Positions 1 through 27,721 of a stretch of DNA of 64,000 bases are shown here, in pieces. The stretch comes from Oculina patagonica (taxonomy: Eukaryota). Below the pieces are notes generated by a model, which worked only from the letters and a program-made list of their open reading frames with translations, was not told the origin of the DNA and searched no databases. The position numbers were made by a program, and so were the translations under genes. The stretch is taken from assembly GCF_052425735.1 (NCBI RefSeq), contig NC_135771.1:24986001-25050000 (forward strand), read 5' to 3'. The stretch's first letter is position 1, and each line of letters starts with the position of its first letter.

Positions 1-1747
1 GACTACACATCTTATCTTGGCGCCAGTTGCAGGCAATGTCGTCATTTCCGCGGAGTATTTTTCCAGTGATGTTATCAACTACAGGAAAGCCCATCTTTAA
101 GACCTGAAAACTGTAACCATGGAGATGCATCGCGTGGTGCGCCTTGCCTTTGCTTCCGAAATCTGTGCCTTTCTGTAGACCTCCAAAAATGTCAGACATC
201 ATGACAAGTTGTACTGTTTTATTAGCGGGAAGGGTTATTAAGTTCGAACACAGACATCCTTTTTTCTCGCAATCGTGAGTGCAAGGAACCAGTCCCAACG
301 TGGACGGATGTTGGAAGAGAGGTGCACTGGGCATAATAGTTCTGCGACTGTTTATGGAGGATCCAATTGGAAAGGCCATGTTCAAGAACAGTTCCACGTC
401 GACATTTTCGTCCTCGAGTGAAATCTCACCCTCGTGACCATGGTAACGAGAATTGTCTAATCGAAGATCCGAAAATGCGACGCATTGCATGTTGGGGTAT
501 AGATCTTGGCGATAGGCCGGCCATGCACAGTTAAGAATTTTGCAAGGAGATTTAGAGGTGCAGTTTCGTCTTTGACTCGTCGGATCCCCTGTCATGTTGC
601 TTGTTCCTTCGTAGTGTAGAATTGCCTTCGCATCCCAAACGATGTCGTCGGGCTGAGGGTTTTCGAAGCCATATCCCATTCGAAGAGTCGTTGCTCGCAT
701 CCAATATCTTCCTGGATTCTGATTGGCTTCGAATTCAACCACATATGTTTCCCCGGGGAAAACGATTACAGACTCTAGTTCCATGGGTTCAACTGGATTT
801 CCGTCACTCTCAACGACGGTCAGCTCGTGATCGTCGATAGAAACTCGGTACGCGAATTCTCCCGAAGCCAGAACGATGTGTAGCCGATATCTTTTCCCCC
901 TGGTGGCCATAAAAACTGTCAGGGGAGCGCTGTTATTTCCTTTTCGACCGCGACCGTTTATGAGACCAGACCAATAGTCCATAGAGCTAAGCTTGACGCC
1001 GTCGAAGGAAGCACCCTTTTTCTCGATTGGGAGAAAAACTGATTTCGCTGTCCCAACAGGTGCAAACTGGAAGGGATCAAGTAACTGGATTTCGGTAGAA
1101 GCGACAGGAAACCAGTCGGTTATCACTACAGGAAAGTGAGGAATTACTCCTCTTTCTTTCGATCTGTGAACGATTAATGCTCCATAAAGGCCGTCTACCC
1201 TTTGAAGATCGTTGTGAGAGTGATACCAGTGAGTTCCCGGAGGATCAGCAATGAACCGATAAGTAAAGCTCGCACGAGGAATAATCGGACATTGTGTTAC
1301 ATAAGGAACTCCGTCCATCCAAACATTGTGGCGCATGTGAATACCATGCCAGTGGATTGCGACTCCTTCTTTTTCCATTTCGTTGACAACTTTTATGGCG
1401 ACTTCTGCGCCTTCCACAACCTCTAGCGTCGGTCCTGGAAAGAGCCCGTTGACAAGAATAATCTTCCTTTGACTACTGCCATCAACGGTGTGTACCATTT
1501 GTGGAGTAAGCGACACGTTTGGTACCTGGTGATGAAAGCGGTTAGGTGCTAACTTGAGTGTCCCGTTTTCTTCCAGTTCCACGTCATAAGATTTCTTGCC
1601 ATCGTCCGTTGTAAATGTCATCGCACGACTCTCGGTTATGACCAAAGTAAACTCGCAGATCGACGTGTAGCAAGATAGAGATTCTGTCTTGCACGAGAAG
1701 ATTTGGCAGGAAAGAAAGAAGAGCACAATCAAGATGGCATTCTTCAT
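1..1747 (-). CDS. Laccase-like multicopper oxidase, secreted, single coding exon, 3'-partial (continues left of window)
   Basis: Open frame from ATG 1747 to base 1 (>=582 codons). Signal-like N-terminus MKNAILIVLFFLSCQIFSC; VNGLFPGPTLEV; copper motifs IHWHG, GTHWYHSH and HHAMHLHG; WMDGVPYVTQCPI. The HCH motif would lie outside the window. Absent from the ORF track because the stop is outside. Confidence 0.93.
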   Translation of the reverse strand, partial: MKNAILIVLFFLSCQIFSCKTESLSCYTSICEFTLVITESRAMTFTTDDGKKSYDVELEENGTLKLAPNRFHHQVPNVSLTPQMVHTVDGSSQRKIILVNGLFPGPTLEVVEGAEVAIKVVNEMEKEGVAIHWHGIHMRHNVWMDGVPYVTQCPIIPRASFTYRFIADPPGTHWYHSHNDLQRVDGLYGALIVHRSKERGVIPHFPVVITDWFPVASTEIQLLDPFQFAPVGTAKSVFLPIEKKGASFDGVKLSSMDYWSGLINGRGRKGNNSAPLTVFMATRGKRYRLHIVLASGEFAYRVSIDDHELTVVESDGNPVEPMELESVIVFPGETYVVEFEANQNPGRYWMRATTLRMGYGFENPQPDDIVWDAKAILHYEGTSNMTGDPTSQRRNCTSKSPCKILNCAWPAYRQDLYPNMQCVAFSDLRLDNSRYHGHEGEISLEDENVDVELFLNMAFPIGSSINSRRTIMPSAPLFQHPSTLGLVPCTHDCEKKGCLCSNLITLPANKTVQLVMMSDIFGGLQKGTDFGSKGKAHHAMHLHGYSFQVLKMGFPVVDNITGKILRGNDDIACNWRQDKMCS

Positions 1748-2058
1748 TTTCGCGAAGTTTGAATTGTACGCAAAATCGTGACTCTCGCCTTGCAAAACAA
1801 ACCTTAAACAAATATCTCATACTGTGTGAAAACACTTGAAAATATTTAGCAATTTTAATTGACTTGACTTGCCTTTTGAAATAGCATCAACCTTAATCCA
1901 TGTAAACACCCAGTTTAGCTTCCTATTGGTTTGATCACTGGACTAAAGAACTCCATGGGTGATTCGGCTTTCTCGATCGACTGGAATAATTTAGTTCGGC
2001 ACGGCAGAAGCACGACGTCTGAACTAGGCCTAATTTAATTTTAAAAACTGTTCACTTA

Positions 2059-2260
2059 CCTTATTATAGGAAATTAACGATACATGTTATTAACGAATTA
2101 ACGAATTTCAAAAATTCGCGTTAATTTTATTGATGTTAATTAATATAAACACGTTTACTATAAGCATTTAACCAGAACTTTTCTTAAATTCGCGTTAATT
2201 TTATTACGCGTCAATTTTGTTCGCGTTGTTAAAATGTCTCGTTATATTCCTATAATAAGG
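2059..2260. mobile_element. MITE with TA duplication
   Basis: TIR CCTTATTATAGGAA / TTCCTATAATAAGG flanked by TA on both sides. Confidence 0.65.
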
Positions 2261-2440
2261 TAATTGCTTTTATCTGTGTTGCTGTCGTAATTTCACGGCA
2301 GCTTCCTTTGTTCTTGTTGTTTGTCGTCATTTCAGCTCCTTAAATTTATGTTTCCGTTTCAGAGCCGTCAGGGTGTCGCCTGTCGGAATTTACCCCTCGG
2401 GCCTCATCCGTTGCTAAAGTCAATTCTTTTACTTAATATT

Positions 2441-2561
2441 TAGACTTTCTCAAAGTTTAGGTAACACTCGCGGTCGTCGCTTCGCAACTCACTGCGCGTC
2501 GCTTCGCGACGCTTTCCTGCCCGCTTCGCTCGCCAATAGAGGGCGACTTGGTGCAAGTCTA
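2441..2561. mobile_element. 121-bp non-autonomous element, TAGACT..AGTCTA ends, 9-bp TSD
   Basis: CTTAATATT duplicated at 2432-2440 and 2562-2570. Confidence 0.7.
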
Positions 2562-3178
2562 CTTAATATTTTGTTCTTCTGTTTTCTAAATTAATTGGTT
2601 GAAACATTTTTGCGACGATTCAGGTGTGAAGAAAACAATCGCTGGCGGCTTGTGTTTCCTAAATTATTCTCGTGTTGTGCTGACTGCACTGTGACAAAAG
2701 AATGGATTGTGGCCTTCTTTTCTTTCAGGATAAACAAAATAACCACGAAATTTAATTACAAGAACGCGACTGGAAAAGCTTGCCATCATTTTGCTGTGCT
2801 TTGCTATAATGATGACAATAGCAAACTACCACACCAGCGCTGCTTTTCTTTTCAAGATATTTGGGCTGAGAGCCCAAACAAGATCAGAATGTCAATGACT
2901 AACCTGACAGCCACAAAGGATGCCGAAATATTTTTTCACTTCTGTCAATGCAAACGCCTGCCGTAATCGAACACAGGGCGCCCACACAAATGGAGCGACA
3001 AAAGAAGTTTCAAAATTACAAAGAAATGTATGGGAAACGTTCGAACGTTCCTGATAAACTATATCGAGTAATATATTTACATTTATACTCAAAATAAACG
3101 TAAAGTTACCTCAATCGCTGTGCCTTGTTGCCCTTCTAGCTCAAAACGGCGAATTTTAGCGATTTAGTGCGGGTTTTG

Positions 3179-3600
3179 CCCCGGTGGGGGGATACTCAAA
3201 AAGGTTTTATACGGGGAGGCTCCGCCCCAAGTTCTAACCCGTTACCCTTTCATATACCATTTTTGACAGGAATTGTACCCCTTTCGTATACCTTAAACTG
3301 AAAAAAGGTACCCCTTTCTTATACCTAAGAGACATGGCGTGGACTTAAAATAGGACGTTTTCTTGTCATTTTTATGTAGCGCTCAATAAATTAAATAATA
3401 CAGCCATAAATTGCGTCTGTTCGAAATATTTTAATTAAAGACCCTTTTAAATGGCCAAATGACAGATTTCCATACCCATTCATATACTTAAGCTCGTGAA
3501 ATCCCTACTCTTTTATATACCTGAAGCCTGAAAAAGGTACCCCTTTCGGGCGGAGCCTCCCCGTATAGGCCATTATAGGGGGTACCCCCCCCCCCGGGGG
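3179..3600. mobile_element. MITE with CCCGG..CCGGG ends
   Basis: Inverted TATACGGGGAGGCTCCGCCC / GGGCGGAGCCTCCCCGTATA plus internal AAAAGGTACCCCTTT repeats. Confidence 0.65.
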
Positions 3601-3674
3601 TTTGCGATGCTGTGTACCGGTGACTGTTCTCCTCTTTAATATAATGTACAGTAGACAGCATCGCAAAAACCCAC

Positions 3675-3675
<1 letters not shown>

Positions 3676-3712
<37 letters not shown>

Positions 3713-3713
3713 G
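3676..3713. repeat. (AGAC)n microsatellite
   Basis: About 9 tandem units. Confidence 0.95.
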
Positions 3714-4735
3714 GGGTCATTACATGTTGTGGTTCGTGATCGTTGATGTTGTTTCCCTTGAGGAAACAAAGAGGAAATTAAAACGCAACCCGGCTTTATA
3801 CAGCCAGTCAATTTGGGTGAATGCAAGAATTGTGTATGATCCATCATGACACAGGTTATTGACAAATGTCATGCATCAAGTTTATTAATTATTTTCTCAC
3901 ACAAAACAAGGAACCGAGATTTACACGTGTGTTAAGTGACACGTTAGTTTTGAGGCTGATTTATATTTGTTTTGTTTTTACAAGAACTGCTATATATTTG
4001 CTTTCCTTTGGGCAACGTTAGGAAAGTCAAGGAAACTAGATTTCACTAGATTCCCTTAATTAAATGGTTACTGCTATTGTTGCAGAAACAAGCTCTTTTT
4101 AGGTGGAATGTAATTTTTATAACATTTTACTGAGCCCGCAATTTTTTTTAAGAAAACTCCGCTGCCAAGCAACATGACATACTTTCATGACGTCATGCTA
4201 TCGTGACTCATTCGGAGAACTACGTGCGTTCGTGCTATTTTAAGATCGGACAATCAGACATTCGTCAAGTACTTTTGCGAAGATTTGACGAAAACAGTTC
4301 TCGCTCATCCAAATGACAAAGGAGGCGATGTTTCAGCATTTTAGCATTTATACAAACGTGATAAAAAAATCCATTTAAGCCTTAGCACAAACTATTATAA
4401 TACAATTAACTGCGCTTAACAACGGCCATTATTTTAGTCTGAATACCGACTGATATCTGTTTAACACCTGAACTCGTACTAACTTCATGCAATAAATAAA
4501 CGACTCCACAAACCACACCAACTTGATTATTAAGATCTTTCTACGCTTGTTGCCCTGTACAAGATATAACTTAAATAATGTTTCCCTCAACTTGAACTGA
4601 AACGTCCAAAATTCATAACATTCCTTAGCCACCGTCTTTTTTAAGTAGCAGAGTTGCGCTTGCTCATCCGGGATAACTGGGCTACACTTGACCCCACTAG
4701 GGATACCCTGAGGCTGCAGATTGTTAGGTATCTCC

Positions 4736-20587
<15,852 letters not shown>

Positions 20588-22850
20588 TGCGGTAGTGCTG
20601 CTCGATTTAAGTTAATATTCGATCTTTGGTATAGGGATCTGCAGTCGTGGAGTTATTCATTCGTTTCAGTGTTTAGATTTTCCACTCAAAATCTTCTCGA
20701 CAAGTTCTGAAATTTCCATTTGGATTAGCAACTGAGCCTGCTCTTGCACAGCGGTACTGATTCACGGGTATGTACGTTGTATAATCAGAATCATACTGTC
20801 TCTTCTAAATTTACGGTGTCTTTCAGTTTGGTCGCACAAAGCTATGGAAAAATCTTCAAGAAAGGGAAAGATCATCTCTGTAGATTTAGCTAGAACCTGT
20901 TAACATGCAAATTTCAAACCCTTTTATTGGGATTAAAAGAGGGCCTCAATGAAGCGCGTCGTGGCGTGGGAATCTAACTAGTTTTAAATAAACAAAAATA
21001 AAATACGACGCTTTACTTCAAAATAAAGCGATCCCTCCCCCTATATTGAAATTAAAGGTGTTAGAAATATACTGAGAACAGTTTTCTGCTGTATGCAACA
21101 GCCTTTCGACGCCAAACTAATATTGTACTCTTTGTGGTCAGGTGTAATTTTGGGACGGTTCATTATTGACACAGGAGGGGGCTTGGCAAGTAACTTCAAA
21201 GACTGTCACTAAATTATAAACACCTCTTGCGCAATGACTTAAACATATATTGCAATCGAAAACAAAAATCACCCCCTATTAAAACCCGTAATGAGTAAAA
21301 CAAAACAAAAAAGTAAAAAACAAACACGAAAACAAAAGCAAAACAAACAAACAAATTGAAAACGAAAACAAAACCACAAAAAAAAAATGAGTCGTCAATT
21401 TCTTCACATCAATTCAACGCTAAAAGAATCATCATCACACCCACTTTCAGTGTTATGTGCATGTCGGCTATCTTTCGACATCCAGTTCTCGATATGCTAA
21501 ACAAATCATGAAACAAACACCAGAGTGCATCGGTTTTGTTTGGCTCATTTCAAACAGCACGTCGAAAGATGGATGTTGAAAGAAAGCCGCTGTGCTCGTA
21601 ACACTGAAAGCGGGTGTAAGTTTTTCTTTTCTCAGCGCGCGCTCAATTTGAAATGGCTTGCGCGAGCTGAACACCACAAAACCGTCATAAAGGGCAAATC
21701 GCGTTAGTTTTTCAGTTACCATAGGAACAACAAGTTGCGTTCAGTTAGTTTGCCGGGTACACATTGAATACTGTAAAGTGCAACGCTGTTAAGCTCAACG
21801 TAAGTTCAATTTTTAGTTTGCCCGGTACACGGATGAGAATTCATGTTATTTCCTTACAGTAAAGTTACTGTTGTTCCAAGTCAACGAAGCCAAACGCGCC
21901 AATCAGGGGTTTTGTGGAAGAAAAAAGAGATCCTTCAACAACGGAGTGAGAAAGTTGAAAATCCAAAAGAGGTAAGTAGACCCAGGTGCTGTCAACATCC
22001 AACGTTTCACAAGTTACAACGGGTCAACGGTTTTGAGCTTTCCCCATGTGTAGTAACCATGCGAGGACTGTTCCGGCGTTCGGTTAATAGTGAAGAACGG
22101 CGCGAGAAAACAACGGCGAGCGAAGAAGTAGGGAGGGCATTCCTTGCGCCGTTCTACAATAACCGAACGCCTGGAACAGGCTAGGATTTACACACCCATG
22201 CATTCTTCACGACTTTTATTTCTAGGTATTTACAGATGGATTTGATTTATTTTTTAAGAGTAAAGAGAGTCAGAGTTAAGGAGAGGCTATCCGTCCTCTG
22301 CTTAGGTCTCCTTGCTTCTACGAGAAGTTGCCTCTGTAACTTCCTAGTCTCTGCAACTTGTTTGAGCTTAACGCATTTGTTCAGCGTTATCAATCCACGA
22401 CTCGTTTACCGTATTCACATACATACTTCACGCAACACCGTTATCCCAATATTTCTTGAGGCAAGTGGGAGGCTGCACACTGCGGCTATCGTCACTGTTC
22501 GTTTATGGTGGATTTCATCACAGTTAGCCAATAAATTCTAGAACAAAAACACGCAGTCCGTGTCAAGCGCGGCTAAACTGATTACTCGTGCTACGCAATT
22601 CGTTACGTTGGTTTCCGTTTTGCTCTTCAGCGATCGGTTGAACGAACAGCACGTTTCTTGAAGCAAACACACGCAGCCAAGCGCTGAAAAACTGGTGCAA
22701 GCCAATTCGTTTCAGTTTTGCTCCTGGCTGCTCCTGATTGGTTGAAAGAACAGAACATTCCCTCTGATTGGTTGGTTTCTACTCTTTTCACGATCTTTTC
22801 TTTAACCAATAAGCGCGTTCATCAATTGCGCTCTATTACAGAAATTGCTA

Positions 22851-25800
22851 TTATACTTTTCTTTTTAGCTTCAAAAGGTGAATATCTGGACTGTGGTAGA
22901 CGGGGTCTTGTTCATCTTCTGGGATTTCTTCCACTGTGAAGTGTTCTCTCACAAGCTGAGAAATAAAAGGAAAATACTCCTTGTTTATAAACAGTCTATA
23001 GCTGAGTTCCAAGCCCAACAAGCAACACCTATGGCTAAGCTCTTAGCATAGTTAGTACTACTAACTATGCTCTTAGAAATGCGGACTTCTCTACACCGAG
23101 ATTTGACTTCTGTTACTCTGGTAAAGAGTTTAAGATAGCGTCAGTTATATGGTACGATGAAAAATTACTATTTGCTTTTTGATCCGTTTCGGGACATGTA
23201 ACTCATTTTATCGATGCAGAAAATTTCTCAAAAGAACATTTCAACAAAGCAGAAAAAACAACAAATGTGATAGTAAACCAAAAGTAGCCAAAAGTAACAA
23301 GAGTAAGATAAAGAATAGATTAAGAATAGCTATGCACAGGTCTGTTTTATCACGTCTTTGAACGAAGTGCAAACGATTCCTTAACGACATTTTTTAGGAG
23401 CCTGCTCGTTCTAAAACTGTGGTGTAAATACCCTATTCTGCACCTAGCCCTCAGGTACCTTTTCTCTCAGGTTTTTGCCAAGTATCGTTCATGTCTCGCG
23501 AGTTAAAGACTCTTTTAGCCATTTCTTGGATCCATACGCTAACTGTCTGATGCACAGCCCACCGTTTTGGAACCCTAGTTAATTTAGCTTGAATATTGTC
23601 TAACTTAATAATTAGGTGTCCTCTGACAAAGGGCCAAAATTGCCTGCCGTTGCTTCTATTATAATAGCTGTCTTTACCTGATGAAACTTTTTCTCCAGCA
23701 GTGGTTTATTGCCTGTCGTTCTCTCCTCATAGCTTATCAACACTGTTGTATTGACGTCACTCAGATCACAAAGAGTTGCCACAAGAGGTTCTAAGGACTT
23801 AAACAGTTAAACAACTTGCATGAGCCTACAACACCATATTTAGTAATTCCTTGGTTTAATCTTTTAGCATTAATATTATTAATCTTCATGTCAACTTCTC
23901 ACCTCTTCATAATAAATGCAATCAGCCACTAAGAGAAGATCTGGGGAAGGTTGAATAGCAGATACATCTTGCCCCCTGCAATAATGTTAATAACACATAC
24001 ACGAACATTAAATAAATGAGGGCTTGCTTGTGAACAGTTTCAGGGGCGGATCCAGGGGGGTGGATTGGGTGGCTAGCCACCCCCCTTGATCCACCAGAAA
24101 AATGAAAATAACTGAAAATAAGAATAAGAAAATAACGACAATGTCCATCCACCTCTCATAGTCAGGCGGCCGTTCAAAGTTAAGGACGGCCATTTTTCCT
24201 TAATAGGAGATTTTCGACAGCCTGTTTTTCGAACTTCTGGCTTAATGTAACAAAACGTGTGTATAATTTTGAAAAAATAGATTCCTTTTAGCTTTCAAGA
24301 ATTGTTTTAGCCTTGCTAGAATGATTTTCGTCTTCATTTACGTCTTTTTTTAGCGAGTTTTCTTACCGTTTTTGTCGCATCGAAGCGATTTCACAAGCAA
24401 GCAAAGTCGCCAAAGTTGTCCCAAGGCCATTTTGCCAAGAGCTAAAAATTTCTACGCACGTGGGTGAGCAACTTATCTGTTCTTTCCTGTAAGTTCGTGG
24501 CCTGTCAAATTTCAATCACTGTTCATTTCATAACTGAAAACTATACTTTTTCTCCAAAATATAACTCAAGGTAAGTTGAGGAAAGAATATTTTGCCAAAT
24601 TATCAAGGAAAAACAGTGTTTTAATAACTTAATTGACAGCTGTATAAAGCTGCTCAGAATCGCGAAAACCACGTCTAAGAGGCTTCAACTTTTCAAAATT
24701 TTCTGCGGGGGGCATGCCCCCAGACCCCCCTAGGGGGATGGAGCCTATGGCTCCATGAAATATGGTCCTCAGACCCAAAATAATTTGCGCTCCCATTTTC
24801 AAAAAACTGCCTAAAAGCCTGAAACCCCCTCCCTCATAAACAAATTGGGGCTTAAACAATATAGTAAACAAAAATATTGGTAAACAGCCACCCCCCTTTG
24901 AAAAATCCTGGATCCGCCCCTGAGTTTAGCTACACCGTCTCTTCATGTGATAATGGCCTTTGCTCACCTCATAACCTTTCACTACTGCAGACAAACCAGT
25001 GGGACAGGCCTGACTATCCATATCTATGAAGCAGTGGCAGATCATCGTCTAGGGGAGGGACCTTATGGAGTCCACCCCCTTTTGCTATAAGTATCAGGCC
25101 AAAAATGGCCACCCCCACCCCCACCCCCACCCTATTTTCAGGCAAGAAAGAGTCTAGTTGTACTCCCCCTTCTCCCTTTTGAGCACCACTGGGTTCAGAC
25201 TCAATGATGTTTTTCGATTTTAAAGACCTGTACTTTTTTTTTTTTTTGGGGGGGGGGGGGGAGGGGAGAATGCAAATCGCCCATGTAATTAATACTAAAA
25301 TGTCAGTGGTTCCATAAAAGGAGGTACCGGTATTGTCACTGTTGTTAAATATCTGACAGATTGCAAATTGTAATACAAAGATACTTACCATTTTAAGGAA
25401 TTTGCCTTGAAAGTCCCAGTAATCATATGTTTATTGATCTCTCCATTTAACGTAATGAGAGGCACGACCTCTGTCAAGTCAGTACAGCAAACATGTGCAC
25501 TGAAATGCAATGGTATGGATAATATTATTATGCTCACTGATAACTAGTGCTCAAAGTTGACTGTTGAGTAACTGCAGATCCAGGAGAAAGGCATTCCTAG
25601 GGGAGTCTGGATATACAATGTGGTGAACTCCTGCCCTTAGCAGAGACATATTATACCCCTTGATCGAAAGCGGACACTTCTCTAACATGTAACACTCCCC
25701 CTTTCTCTCCCCCCCCCCCCCTCCAATACCAACAGAAATAATTATTTGAACTGGATACCAGCAGTATCTCCTACTAGGTGAAGAGCTTGATGTTCTTCCA

Positions 25801-25859
25801 ATCTACAACACCCCCCACCTCCCACCCACCACCACAATGTACTACACCTTGTCTCTCTC

Positions 25860-25890
<31 letters not shown>

Positions 25891-26444
25891 ACATATCAGC
25901 ACCCATACTTCTATGCTTGCTTATTTCTGGTTGGATTCTATATTGCTGGTTTGCAACCACGTGACAAAGTGGCCATGTTGGGGGACAAAGCAATAAAATA
26001 AATTTTCGCAAAATTTGCATGATAAAAAAGTAAAATTCCCAGCGGAGTGAAACGCTTTGTTCATGTCCCCCAGCATGGCCGCCGTGACGTCAGTTACAAC
26101 CTCTCTAAGACAAACACCTCTCTGATGAGAAAACTCTGCAGCAGACACCTTTTTTTAGTAAAATGACGTATTTACTACATTTAACCTGTATCTCACCCAC
26201 AAGTCGCGGCTATGAGTCCGACTACTCCAGTACCAGCACCGAGCTCTATAACGCGTTTGTTGTCGAGTCGTTCTTTGGAGCAATAGTGGCGTGCCTGTAG
26301 ATATTTTGCAAGAACCAGAGCAGCATCCCAGACAACACAACTTTCATCTCCCACTTCGGCTTGTTTGATCCTAAGTATTCCATCTTGACACTCGATTTCT
26401 CTCTCAAATGTTCGATTTGAAAAATCCGCAGCTTCGTCCGCCAT
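22851..26444 (-). CDS. VCPKMT: VCP lysine methyltransferase (METTL21D), 5 exons, 218 aa
   Basis: Exons 26197-26444, 25389-25499, 23903-23975, 23678-23797, 22851-22955 (657 nt). Motifs VVWDAALVLAKYL, VIELGAGTG (motif I), ADCIYYEESLEPL, SYEERTTGNKP, YHSPDIH match the METTL21D subfamily. Confidence 0.92.
24041..24922. mobile_element. 882-bp non-autonomous DNA element, CAGGGGCGGATCCAGG TIR
   Basis: Perfect 16-bp TIR; AGTTT on both flanks. Confidence 0.85.
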
Positions 26445-27721
26445 ATTGGAATTTTAGCAGCAGCCGCTGGCCAGCGAGCCGTTGGATTAAACGAGGAAAG
26501 ACTGGAGCGAGAGATGGCGCGCAACGCGTCAACGTCAACGCGCGTTTATTGACGCGCTGCACATCAAGCAAACAGACAAACAAACAAACAGAGTTACTGA
26601 GAAACAAACCGCGCCAGTGTTCATCGTGCACATGTACATATCATGAGGGTTTTTGGGTTATGGGGGGGTGGTTCATGTATCTTTCAATGCCCACCCTAAG
26701 CGAGGTTACACATTGCATTGGGCTTGTTGGGTCGTCACGCTCAAAATGGTTGCGGAGACTCCTCTCTCCTCCGCAGAGGCCTTTTTTATTTTTCGTTCTG
26801 GGAAATGGGGAGAGGTGAAAGCAAGCGCGCGGAGCCCTAAAAGAGAAAAACGAAAGCGCGCGGGCACTTCCTTCCTGGCTCTTCTTTTTTTTTCGCTTCC
26901 ACTGAAGAGCCTCTTCGGAGGAGAAAGCGCGGGGACTCCAAAACAAATGACAATCATTTGTACAAGGGGAATGGTCAATGGTTGAATGGTCAACGGAGAA
27001 ATTTGAATAATTAAATCGGCAAGCTGTGACCACACAGAGGATGGTATGCCTGTGGTCGATGTCTAGAGAAAATCTGCTAGAGTTATGAGTTGTAAATGCT
27101 TGTAACCAGAGTGTTTTGAGCCCGTTAGCCAAAATTATTTGAAAAATGTTTTATATAGTAGAGGCGCTATCCCCTGTGCGCTTGGGCATGTAGTGATTGG
27201 TTGGACTCAGTTTACTGCAATACAACAACAAGATCGTGAAAATTACTTTATTAAAATTAAAATGCATTACAAGGTAAGTTCGTATGGTAGCTGGAATCTG
27301 GCATATTCAACTTTTTTTTTGAAATGTCATATAGATTATGTAAAGGAAAAATTAGGTCCTTAGCTTGAAATACTTGAAAAGTCTCCTTTTGGTAAAGTCT
27401 CAAGGAAGAGCAAGTTTTGAATCAATGCCGCCATTACCATATGTGCTGGTGCCATGCGTATCACCTGATGCCACAAAATCTCCTTACAGGTCTCCATACA
27501 TTTCTTATAGAATAAGTTGCGAGAATTTGATTCCACATCAGAGCTATTCACTTTTGTGATCAGCTTTGTGATTCCCACGACCCGCGCGCCTAAATTTGTA
27601 TTCTGTTTGTAGGAGAAAGCGAGCTTTTGATAATTATTAGGATTGAAAAAGCTTATTACAATAACAACTATTCGTTTTTGTTTCCAGTAGAAAATTCTGT
27701 ACAGATATAAGTGTTTTTAGA

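Noticed and set aside
1-1747. Bacterial contamination or horizontal transfer to explain the intronless oxidase
   Set aside because: Eukaryotic-type signal peptide, animal-like Cys-rich segments, N-glycosylation sequons, and contiguous animal repeats upstream.
24968-25048. Possible 81-nt extra exon in VCPKMT intron 2 (CCCCTAG / GTGAGC)
   Set aside because: Creates TGA at the junction, shows no similarity to METTL21D, and the gene is complete without it; a poison exon cannot be supported without RNA data.
26404-27132. Cluster of overlapping ORFs between PRKCSH and VCPKMT
   Set aside because: GC-rich promoter sequence plus a short inverted-repeat element (~26762-26928); no domain signal.
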